Assembly: GCA_026016225.1 (NCBI GenBank) | Contig: CP061210.1 | Location: 593,131 to 657,130 of the forward strand | Source of the DNA: Candidatus Nealsonbacteria bacterium | GTDB lineage: Bacteria; Patescibacteriota; Minisyncoccia; Minisyncoccales; JANBVM01 | Direction of reading: 5' to 3' | DNA: 64,000 nucleotides | Shown: positions 56,434 through 64,000 of the stretch, in pieces | Layout of the letters: every line of letters begins with the position of its first letter | Position numbering within the stretch: the stretch's first letter is position 1 | Made by a program: the position numbers and the translations under genes | Notes under the pieces: model-generated | What the model saw: the letters and a program-made list of their open reading frames with translations, nothing else | Database searches by the model: none | Told to the model about the DNA's origin: nothing

Positions 56434-58419
56434 TTACAGAAAAAGAGGAAGAGAAATCAAGGCTACTTTTCCAATTAATTTTATCAAAATATCTATTGCC
56501 GGACCTGAAGTATCTTTAAAAGGATCTCCTACCGTATCGCCAATTATTGCTGCCCGGTGAGCAGCAGACCCCTTACCTCCTAAGTTTCCAGCTTCAATAT
56601 ATTTTTTGGCATTATCCCAGGCTCCTCCGGCATTTGCCATAGTGAGGGCAAGTGGAAAGCCAGCGATTAAACTTCCAGCTAAAATTCCAGCTAAACCTTC
56701 TACTCCTAAGAAAAGTCCGGCTAAAATTGGAACTAAAATGATTAAAATTCCAGGAAGAATCATCTCCTTTAGGGATATTTTAGTAACAAGGTCAATACAT
56801 CTTCCATAATCAGGTTTTACCTTTCCCTCCCTCAAACCAGGAATCTCTTTAAATTGTCTTCTTACTTCTTTAACAACTTTTAAGCCTCCCCTACTCACCC
56901 CCCTCATTAATAAAGAAGAAAACAAAAAAGAAAGCATAGCTCCAATGAAAAGTCCAGCCATTACTTTAGGATTTGAAAGGTTAACTGTTTCCAGGCGAGC
57001 AGCCTGAAAAAAAGCAGCTAACCAAGCCAGGGCAACTAAACCAGCCGAGCCAATAGCAAATCCTTTTCCAGCAGCAGCAGTAGTATTACCAACAGCATCT
57101 AAGGCTTCTGTTTTTTGACGCACTTCTTCTGGTAAACCAGCCATCTCAGAAATTCCAGCCGCATTATCAGCAATTGGACCATAACAATCAGCAGAAAGAT
57201 TAATTCCCAAAACTCCCAAAATTCCAATTGAGGCAATAGCAATTCCATAAAGACCCCCTAAATAATATGTCAAAACCGTAGCCACTGCCACTCCTAAAAT
57301 CGGTAAAAAGATACTTTCAATTCCAACTGAGAGTCCTTCAATAATCAAGATTGAGGCTCCGGTCTGAGAAGCTTTAGCAATGCTTAAAACTGGTGGTTTA
57401 TCTCCTGCGGTATAATATTCAGTAACCTTGCCAATCAAGAAACCAACTCCCAAGCCCAGTAAGAAACTATAAAAAAGATTAATTTGATTAAAAAGTTTAG
57501 AAATTATTAAATAAGCAGCAATAACCATTAAGACATTAGCTATTAAAATTCCTTTTCCCATAGCTTTTTGGATTTCTTCTATCTGTTTATTAAATTCAGC
57601 TTTTTCTATCCTTTTGGAAACCCTGATAAAAAAGCTGCCTACAAGTGAGCTTAAGATTCCTGCTGAGGCCAAAATTATTGGTAAGGAAACACCCTTTACT
57701 CCATAGATGTTCCAACCAATAACCATAGAAGCTATAATTGCTGAAACATAGGTTTCAAAGAGGTCCGAACCCATACCAGCAATATCCCCAACATTATCAC
57801 CAACCTGGTCAGCAATTACAGCCGGGTTTCTAATATCATCTTCTGGAATTCCTATCTCAATCTTTCCAACTAAATCTGCTCCTATATCAGCACTCTTAGT
57901 AAAAATCCCACCTCCTACTCTTAAAAAAAGAGCTGTCAGAGAAGAACCAAAAGCAAAACTTATTAAAAGCTCAACATCTTTAAAGAAAAACCAAAGTGTG
58001 CTAATACCTAACAACCCTAAGCCAACTACTAAAAATCCCATCACCATTCCAGCCGAAAAAGCAATCTTGAAACCCTTGGAAAAACTAATCCTGGTAGCTT
58101 CAGTTGTTCTAACATTGGCTTGAGTTGAAACCATCATTCCTATATATCCTGCCAGATAAGAAACTCCTGCCCCACCCAAAAAAACCAAAACCTTTAAAGG
58201 ACTCTTGGTCATCAATCCCAATCCTAAAGCAATCAAGGCCAAAACTATAACCATTACCTTAAATTCCCTTTTCAAAAAAGCCTTAGCTCCTTCCCGAATG
58301 GCCTGAGATATCTCTATCATTTTACCTGAACCAGAAGAGGCTTGTTTTATCTTTTGAATTAAAAAAACTGCAAAAGCTATGGCGGAAAGAGAACTAATAA
58401 TTGAAATTAAGTTTTCCAT
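56434..58419 (-). CDS. hppA: membrane-bound ion-translocating pyrophosphatase, K+-dependent type
   Basis: GGIFTKSADIGADLVGK, PEDD.RNP, GNTTAA, GGAWDNAKK, GDPFKDT. Confidence 0.95.
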   Translation of the reverse strand: MENLISIISSLSAIAFAVFLIQKIKQASSGSGKMIEISQAIREGAKAFLKREFKVMVIVLALIALGLGLMTKSPLKVLVFLGGAGVSYLAGYIGMMVSTQANVRTTEATRISFSKGFKIAFSAGMVMGFLVVGLGLLGISTLWFFFKDVELLISFAFGSSLTALFLRVGGGIFTKSADIGADLVGKIEIGIPEDDIRNPAVIADQVGDNVGDIAGMGSDLFETYVSAIIASMVIGWNIYGVKGVSLPIILASAGILSSLVGSFFIRVSKRIEKAEFNKQIEEIQKAMGKGILIANVLMVIAAYLIISKLFNQINLFYSFLLGLGVGFLIGKVTEYYTAGDKPPVLSIAKASQTGASILIIEGLSVGIESIFLPILGVAVATVLTYYLGGLYGIAIASIGILGVLGINLSADCYGPIADNAAGISEMAGLPEEVRQKTEALDAVGNTTAAAGKGFAIGSAGLVALAWLAAFFQAARLETVNLSNPKVMAGLFIGAMLSFLFSSLLMRGVSRGGLKVVKEVRRQFKEIPGLREGKVKPDYGRCIDLVTKISLKEMILPGILIILVPILAGLFLGVEGLAGILAGSLIAGFPLALTMANAGGAWDNAKKYIEAGNLGGKGSAAHRAAIIGDTVGDPFKDTSGPAIDILIKLIGKVALISLPLFL

Positions 58420-58520
58420 ATTATTAAAAAATCTGTTTTTAACAGATTCATCTCCTATTTTATTTAATTAATGATATTGATTTTGAAACTATTGTCAAGA
58501 GGAAATATTTTTAAAAAATA

Positions 58521-58552
58521 AAAAAATACAGAGGACAACCCTCTGTATTTTT
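58521..58552. terminator. bidirectional intrinsic terminator
   Basis: aaaaaatacagagg-acaa-ccctctgtattttt. Confidence 0.7.
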
Positions 58553-58571
58553 GTTTAATTATCAAGTAAGT

Positions 58572-58898
58572 TTATTCTTCTTCGTATAAATTATACGCTT
58601 TTCCCTTTTTTCTGGAAAGAGACCACCGAATTAAAAAAGTGCTGAATCCCAAAACAAGGAAAATCCATATAGTCAAACAAGCACAAATTTTAAGATAGAA
58701 AAAAATTGTCAAAATTATAAGTATTAAAGTCCAGACAAGCCAAGTTCTTGTTTCCTTGTTCCTCTTCTTCCATACCTTAATAGTTTTTACTAATGAATAT
58801 AAGACTAAGATTAAAATTATCCACCAGGGGAAACAAGAAGAAGCTTCTATACTAAATATTTGAGATATAAAGGAAAATACAAAATCATCTAAAAACAA
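58572..58898 (-). CDS. hydrophobic ORF, possibly a C-terminal remnant of a membrane-anchored protein
   Basis: 3 TM-like segments; weak TTG start. Confidence 0.4.
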   Translation of the reverse strand: MFLDDFVFSFISQIFSIEASSCFPWWIILILVLYSLVKTIKVWKKRNKETRTWLVWTLILIILTIFFYLKICACLTIWIFLVLGFSTFLIRWSLSRKKGKAYNLYEEE

Positions 58899-59017
58899 AA
58901 ACCGATATTTTTCAAATCGGTTTTTTTTAATCTTTCAAAACTTTCAAATCTTTATTTTTAACAGTTCTCTTCTTTATTATATTAGTTATCTTTTTTCTGA
59001 TTTAGTCTCTGCTCTCA

Positions 59018-59770
59018 TTATAACACAATTTTTATTAACAACATTAGTGATATCCCAAATAAAAAGACAGTAAAATAGATTATTGATTTTTTAACATTTT
59101 CCTGCTGTTTAATCTCAGGGATTAAATCTGATGAAGCAATATAAATGAAATTCCCAGCAGCAAAGGGTAATAAAAAAACAATTGATTCTCCTATTCTTTC
59201 TGAAAGTAAAAACCCAATAATTCCACCAAAAATTACACTAATAGCTGATAAAAAGTTTAAAAACAAAGCCCTTGTTTTTTTAAACCCTCCATAGATTAAA
59301 ATTCCAAAGTCTCCGATTTCTTGAGGAATTTCATGAAGAGCTACTGCTAAAGAAGTAACTACTCCCAGCTGAAATGAAGCGACAAAAGAAGCTGCAATGA
59401 CTAAGCCATCAATAAAGTTATGTATGGCATCTGAAAATAAAATTAAATAAGAAAATGGCATTATCTTAGGGTGCTCTCTGGCGTGATGGTGATGCCACTT
59501 AATAAAGTTTTCCAAAACAAAAAAGGTACAAAATCCAAAAATCAAATATAAAAATAAATTCAAAATTTGGTCTGGTTCAAAGAGCTCAATTGCTTCTGGA
59601 AGTAAATGAAGAAAAGCTCCTCCGATTAAGGCGCCGGCAGAAAAAGCCACTAAAACCAATAGGAGTTGGTCTAATAATCTTTCTTTTAAAAATAAGGTTA
59701 AAGCTCCGATAAAGGCGATAAGACTGATTAAAGAAGTACAGAGAATGATATAAAAAAAGACAGCTGCCAT
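59018..59770 (-). CDS. ZIP family metal transporter
   Basis: AFLHLLPE, His-rich loop WHHHH, HNFIDG, HEIPQEIGDF. Confidence 0.93.
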   Translation of the reverse strand: MAAVFFYIILCTSLISLIAFIGALTLFLKERLLDQLLLVLVAFSAGALIGGAFLHLLPEAIELFEPDQILNLFLYLIFGFCTFFVLENFIKWHHHHAREHPKIMPFSYLILFSDAIHNFIDGLVIAASFVASFQLGVVTSLAVALHEIPQEIGDFGILIYGGFKKTRALFLNFLSAISVIFGGIIGFLLSERIGESIVFLLPFAAGNFIYIASSDLIPEIKQQENVKKSIIYFTVFLFGISLMLLIKIVL

Positions 59771-59818
59771 TTTATCATCTTAATTATATCACAACTTCTT
59801 AAAATTCAACTTTTGAGT

Positions 59819-60106
59819 TCAATTTCTTATCTTCTTTTGAATCCTAATTGCTTTCCCTTTAATAAGAGCTTGGGCTATTTTTCTGTGGGCTGAGATTAAG
59901 ATTCGTCCAAGAGTGCTTTGAGAAATTCTCATTTTTTTGGCAGCCTCGGTTTGACTTAATCCTCTTAAATCACAAAGTCTAATTGCTTCCAACTCATCTA
60001 CTTTTAAATCCACTTCTTCTAACACAGAAAGAGGTATAGCTCTTGGTTTAAAATAAGTGACATTGGGGTCAAATGAAATTCTTCTTGGTTTTATTGGTCT
60101 TGACAT
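59819..60106 (-). CDS. DUF134 family putative DNA-binding protein
   Basis: RP.K.R, YFKP, ELEAIRLCD..GLSQ..AA..M.ISQST. Confidence 0.9.
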   Translation of the reverse strand: MSRPIKPRRISFDPNVTYFKPRAIPLSVLEEVDLKVDELEAIRLCDLRGLSQTEAAKKMRISQSTLGRILISAHRKIAQALIKGKAIRIQKKIRN

Positions 60107-60984
60107 ATTACATTATTTAATTTTTTAAATATTTTTTTAATTTCGGTTTTGGCTTTAAGGTTAGTTTCTACAATTGGCTTTAAGTTAGAAACTGCTTTAA
60201 ATATCTTTTTATCGTAAGAAATTTTACCTAAAATTCTTTTACCTATCTGTCCTGAGCCATGTCGAAGGGTCCATTTCTCAATTTTATTACTCAATCCAGG
60301 ATCAATATTCCACTTATTAATTACCAAACCCCAAGGAATATTAAAATGATTTACTACTTTCAAAACCCTTTTTAAATCGGAAAAAGCTGAAGGAGTAGGC
60401 TCTGTAATCAAAATAGCAAAATTTGAATCCTGTAAGGCAGCTATAACCGGACAACCTGTTCCCGGAGAAGAATCTAAGATTTGAAGCTTACAGCCAGATT
60501 TGTCTGCCTGTTTTTTAAGTTCTGTTATTATTTTTCCCGAACCTGTTTCTCCAGGTAAAAGATTTCCAATGATTAAAGGAAAACCGTATTTTGTATTCTT
60601 TATTATAATCTCCCCATTTTGAACAGGTTTTAATTTAATGGCTTTTTGAGGACAGACAATTTCACAAACACCGCACCCCTCACATAAAAATGGATTTAGT
60701 TTTGGTTTTCCATCTACCATTTTTATTGCTCCAAAACGACATTTCTCAACACATAAACCACAACCATTACACTTTTTATAATCAATTATTGGTTTAGCTG
60801 AAGTAACCACTGGAATCTTCTCCCTCGAGTCTTTAATTTCATTCAACCAAATAGCTAAATTAGGAGCATCAACATCACAATCTACAGCTACTATTTTTTT
60901 AGATTCAGTAAAAAGTATTGCTAAACTTGAAGCCAACATTGATTTTCCTACACCTCCCTTTCCGCTCGCAATTACCAATTTCAT
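60091..60984 (-). CDS. MinD-superfamily P-loop ATPase with inserted 2x[4Fe-4S] ferredoxin (COG1149-like), copy 1
   Basis: SGKGGVGKS, DCDVDAPN, CxxCxxCxxxC x2, PGTGCPV, TEPT. Confidence 0.9.
   Translation of the reverse strand: MKLVIASGKGGVGKSMLASSLAILFTESKKIVAVDCDVDAPNLAIWLNEIKDSREKIPVVTSAKPIIDYKKCNGCGLCVEKCRFGAIKMVDGKPKLNPFLCEGCGVCEIVCPQKAIKLKPVQNGEIIIKNTKYGFPLIIGNLLPGETGSGKIITELKKQADKSGCKLQILDSSPGTGCPVIAALQDSNFAILITEPTPSAFSDLKRVLKVVNHFNIPWGLVINKWNIDPGLSNKIEKWTLRHGSGQIGKRILGKISYDKKIFKAVSNLKPIVETNLKAKTEIKKIFKKLNNVICQDQ
60248..60270. repeat. small REP-like element, copy 3, in frame in the ATPase
   Basis: Reverse complement acccttcgacatggctcaggaca; encodes TLRHGSGQ. Confidence 0.7.
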
Positions 60985-61574
60985 ATTTTTGGTATTAATT
61001 TTTCTAAAATCTTAAAATCCTTTTTAAGAATTCCTTTCATATTGATGTTATAAGTAGCTACGGCCGGATGATAAAGAGGAATAATTTTAATGCTCTGAAA
61101 AAGACTTTTAACCTCAAAAACTTTTCCGTGGATTTTGCTTATTCCCTGAATTTGATCTTTTAGTCCGTATTCTTCAAAAATATATTTTGTAGAATGATTC
61201 CCTAAGGTGCAAATTACCTTGGGTTTTATGATTTTTATCTGTCTATCTAAATATGGAGAACAAGCTTCAATCTCGTTTAAATTTGGAGCTCTATTCTTCA
61301 AATCAGAAGTTACAGGCCGGCATTTAAGTAAATTGCAAATATAGACTTCTTCTCTCTTCAGGTTAATGGATTTTAAAAGCTCATCCAAAATCTTCCCCGC
61401 AGCCCCAACAAACGGTTTGCCTTTTGCGTCTTCCCAATATCCCGGGGCCTCAGCGCAAAACATTATTTTCGCCCGAGGGTTCCCTTCTCCGGGGACATAA
61501 TGGGCAATATTTTTGTACAAAGGGCATTTCTTACAGCTCAAGATTTCATTTTTTATTTTTTCTAACTCTTCCAT
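60981..61574 (-). CDS. uracil-DNA glycosylase family 4 (Fe-S)
   Basis: CKKC.L, EAPG..ED..G.PFVG.AG, N..KCRP, YHPA. Confidence 0.93.
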   Translation of the reverse strand: MEELEKIKNEILSCKKCPLYKNIAHYVPGEGNPRAKIMFCAEAPGYWEDAKGKPFVGAAGKILDELLKSINLKREEVYICNLLKCRPVTSDLKNRAPNLNEIEACSPYLDRQIKIIKPKVICTLGNHSTKYIFEEYGLKDQIQGISKIHGKVFEVKSLFQSIKIIPLYHPAVATYNINMKGILKKDFKILEKLIPKI

Positions 61575-61606
61575 TTAAAAAACTAAATTTTAATTATTTT
61601 TGACAT

Positions 61607-62776
61607 TTAGCCAAACATTAAAACTTCAGGACGAAACATTATAACTAAGCCCAAAAGCAAAAGTAAAATTCCACTAATCAGTTTTATTGCTTTAAGATAT
61701 TTTTGAGAGGCTTGAGTAATTCTTAGAGTCAAAACTGCAATTATAAAAATGATAAAATCATCTATCATATAAAATAAGATATAAATCAAAAGATAAAAGT
61801 AATAGGAAAGAGTAGGTAAATTGAAGCCCGTTAAAATTTTAGTAAAAACTAAAGGAAAACCAAAAGAGCAACAGAGTTCCACCATATTTACTCCAGCTGC
61901 TACTATTGCTGTCCCCAATATAGTTATAGACAAGGAAGTTTCTCTTTTGGAAATGGTTTCCATTTTTTCAAATAGTTTCCTCTCAAATCTCACAAAAACA
62001 CCTTCTTTTACAGAGCCAACCTCGCACAATTTACAAATTATGCCGTGGAAATAATCTTTTAATAAAAAGAGAGCGAAGATCGCAATAATCCCCCCAACTA
62101 AATTAGTTATGAACTTTATGTGAGATAGAACTAAGAATAAATTCAGCCAAGCAGAAATGAATAAAAAGTAAACTATTCCTGAAACCAAAATAAAAGTTCC
62201 TCCAATCAAAAACACTCTTTCTCTAATTCCGGTTGAAATCAAAACAGTAAGTAAAAATCCCAAAGCTACCATAGCACAAGCATTAAAGCCATCCAAAGCT
62301 CCTAAAACTATGGATAGAGCTAAGGGAGAAAATTTTGAAAGAGAAATTTCGCCGAAAATTGGAAGAGAAATTTTATGTTCGTCTGATGGAGGCTCATGTG
62401 GAGGCTGAGAAATTTCTTCTATTAATCCCAAAACATAATTTTCAATATCATTACCTATTTCTTGAGAAAAACCCAAAAAATAACGCTCTCCAATAAAGGT
62501 TATTGGTACATATCCTTGAACCTCTCGAGCCACTTCATAAACCTGATACATTTCTTTTAACAAATCCACATTTTCTTTTTCAAAAATGCCATATTCTTTA
62601 AGTTCAATCTCTGAATATTTATTTGCTAATTCCTCCAGAAATATCTTTTTTGAGGCACAATTAAGGCAGGTATAACTAAAGAAAAAATTAATTTCTATTT
62701 TTTCTTGTGCCTGAGTGAAATTAAACGCAGTTAACAGCAAACAAGAAAGCAAAATAACTAAGACTTTTTCTTTCAT
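61607..62776 (-). CDS. glutaredoxin/thioredoxin-like domain fused to a DsbD/CcdA-like membrane domain
   Basis: Signal-like N-terminus, CLNC, VP, DGFNAC, ELCC..GFP, multiple TMs. Confidence 0.75.
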   Translation of the reverse strand: MKEKVLVILLSCLLLTAFNFTQAQEKIEINFFFSYTCLNCASKKIFLEELANKYSEIELKEYGIFEKENVDLLKEMYQVYEVAREVQGYVPITFIGERYFLGFSQEIGNDIENYVLGLIEEISQPPHEPPSDEHKISLPIFGEISLSKFSPLALSIVLGALDGFNACAMVALGFLLTVLISTGIRERVFLIGGTFILVSGIVYFLFISAWLNLFLVLSHIKFITNLVGGIIAIFALFLLKDYFHGIICKLCEVGSVKEGVFVRFERKLFEKMETISKRETSLSITILGTAIVAAGVNMVELCCSFGFPLVFTKILTGFNLPTLSYYFYLLIYILFYMIDDFIIFIIAVLTLRITQASQKYLKAIKLISGILLLLLGLVIMFRPEVLMFG

Positions 62777-62842
62777 ATTTTGATAAATTATTAATTATTT
62801 TTATTGAGGAAGAATACAAAAAGAAGAAATAATAGCCACAAT

Positions 62843-63685
62843 TTATATACATTTATTATAATCAAAGTCTAATAAACGACCTTTTGAATAAAGTTCAACT
62901 AATTTTCTTGAATAAGGAATTTCTTTTTCAACGCTCACACCAAATTTCTTGGTGATGGGGTAAATTTTTTTCTTATCACCCAAGTTTGCTTGATTTAAAA
63001 TTACCTTAGCTGGCACTTTGAGTTTTTGGCACAAATCCAGAATTAAATTCAAGTCGTGGGCTCCCATTGGGGTAGGTTCCGTAACAGCATAAGCTAAATC
63101 ACAATCCAATAAAGCTGAAATTACCGGACAATGGGTACCGGGAGCTGTATCAAATAAAATGAAATCTGCTTTTTGTTTTTTAGCAAAATCTAAAGCAAAT
63201 TTTTTAGTCTTAGCAACAATGGGTCCTGTTTCCTCTACTCCAGGATTAGATAGTCCTGAAATTAACCAAAAATTATTTTTTATTCGATTTACAAAAATCT
63301 GACCTACTTTTTCTTTTCTTGACATTATAGCTCCGTAAGGACAAACTATCCAGCATGCTCCGCAAGAAGAACACAATTCTTTAATAAATATTGGAAATTT
63401 CTTTGGTGGCTGAAACACAGCGTTACTCCTGCAGGTCTTTACACATAATCCACATTTTTTGCATTTTTGTTTAATTAATCTGGGATATTCAGCATAAACA
63501 TTTTTTCTGACTTTTTTCAGTTTCTGTCCCAATAACAAATAATCATTGGGACACTCCACGTCGCAATCACAAAGAATAACTCTCTGTTTCTTTCTTATTA
63601 GCTGACTTGCCATCAAAATAGAGAAGGTGCTTTTTCCCGTACCTCCCTTCCCTCCTGTGATAGCGAATTTCTTAATTTTTCCCAT
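62843..63685 (-). CDS. COG1149-like P-loop ATPase with ferredoxin insert, copy 2
   Basis: GGKGGTGKS, DCDVECPN, CxxCxxCxxxC x2, PGTHCPV, TEPTPMGAHDL. Confidence 0.9.
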   Translation of the reverse strand: MGKIKKFAITGGKGGTGKSTFSILMASQLIRKKQRVILCDCDVECPNDYLLLGQKLKKVRKNVYAEYPRLIKQKCKKCGLCVKTCRSNAVFQPPKKFPIFIKELCSSCGACWIVCPYGAIMSRKEKVGQIFVNRIKNNFWLISGLSNPGVEETGPIVAKTKKFALDFAKKQKADFILFDTAPGTHCPVISALLDCDLAYAVTEPTPMGAHDLNLILDLCQKLKVPAKVILNQANLGDKKKIYPITKKFGVSVEKEIPYSRKLVELYSKGRLLDFDYNKCI

Positions 63686-63691
63686 ACCCTA

Positions 63692-63790
63692 CTAACAAAT
63701 ATTTTGTTCCCCTAATTCACAAAGGTTACCTTTTTGGAATTCTTCTATATTCTTGGCAATATTTTTATCAAACGCCTTATATATTTTTAA
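63692..63790 (-). pseudogene. C-terminal remnant of a second NifB/NifX-like gene
   Basis: LKIYKAFDKNIAKNIEEFQKGNLCEL resembles the preceding protein end LIEVYKAEQGTIRQIIKDFSENQLVKL; no start codon. Confidence 0.55.
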
Positions 63791-64000
63791 TTACTCTTTT
63801 TCTTTTGTCGGCTTTTCCAACTTAACCAATTGGTTCTCTGAAAAATCTTTTATTATTTGTCTTATTGTGCCCTGTTCCGCTTTATAAACCTCTATTAAAT
63901 TATCCCTTAATGTATGAAAAGATATGGGACCGATTTGTCTTACAATTAAAACATCTGGTTTTTGTTCTAATAAATATTTAGCTACCGCAAGACCTGCCCT
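63791..64000 (-). CDS. NifB/NifX (FeMo-co binding-like) domain protein, 3' part (starts outside window)
   Basis: Manual translation RAGLAVAKYLLEQKPDVLIVRQIGPISFHTLRDNLIEVYKA... Confidence 0.75.
   Translation of the reverse strand, partial: RAGLAVAKYLLEQKPDVLIVRQIGPISFHTLRDNLIEVYKAEQGTIRQIIKDFSENQLVKLEKPTKEKE

Noticed and set aside
1779..62054. Many short antisense ORFs in the track (e.g. 2724, 6817, 21077, 36466, 42601, 45590, 49063, 56020, 61821)
   Set aside because: Shadows of well-supported genes on the opposite strand, with Phe/Ser/Leu-rich composition expected from reverse-complemented Lys/Glu codons
1..64000. Alternative genetic code (UGA=Gly, code 25)
   Set aside because: TGA ends conserved genes at the expected positions (e.g. 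rplK, rpsG) and long genes are uninterrupted under code 11
62843..64000. Nitrogen fixation genes
   Set aside because: NifX-like domains and COG1149 ATPases are common outside diazotrophs; no nifHDK motifs are present

Overview
AT-rich 64-kb core chromosomal segment of a reduced-genome bacterium, most likely Patescibacteria/CPR (Parcubacteria-like). This is inferred from no rpmD between rpsE and rplO, no rplA after rplK, short AlaS/ProS/PheT, core genes without Shine-Dalgarno sites, and several CPR-type hypothetical proteins. Genetic code 11. Almost all genes are on the minus strand: a thymidylate cluster (tmk, thyX, dCMP deaminase), rplK-nusG-secE, gyrB, pheST, three tRNAs, gatCA, two mreB paralogues, proS, rseP, frr, holB, the fused str-S10-spc-alpha ribosomal superoperon (split by a ~7-kb alaS/tpiA/galT block), rpmB and tRNA-Pro. 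A more variable right arm carries a tRNA-linked putative nuclease, ORFans, a HicAB-like pair, a membrane pyrophosphatase and a NifX/COG1149/DUF134/ZIP cluster. Most notable observations: (1) an unannotated ~130-160 nt stand-alone ncRNA with its own promoter and terminator and a 6S-RNA-like fold (51048-51207); (2) several families of small GC-rich palindromes inserted in frame into PheT, ProS, HolB, TpiA, uS9, uL18 and a COG1149 ATPase, and abutting -35 boxes; (3) departures in the translation and transcription core: tRNA-fMet and tRNA-Pro lacking D-loop GG and TTC, EF-Tu GHVAHGK, uS12 PHSA, RpoA without alpha-CTD, leaderless/ACTATG starts; (4) self-contained promoter-ORFan-terminator cassettes and duplicated gene 3'-end remnants around the TA module. 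All assignments come from motif recognition by eye; no database searches were run.
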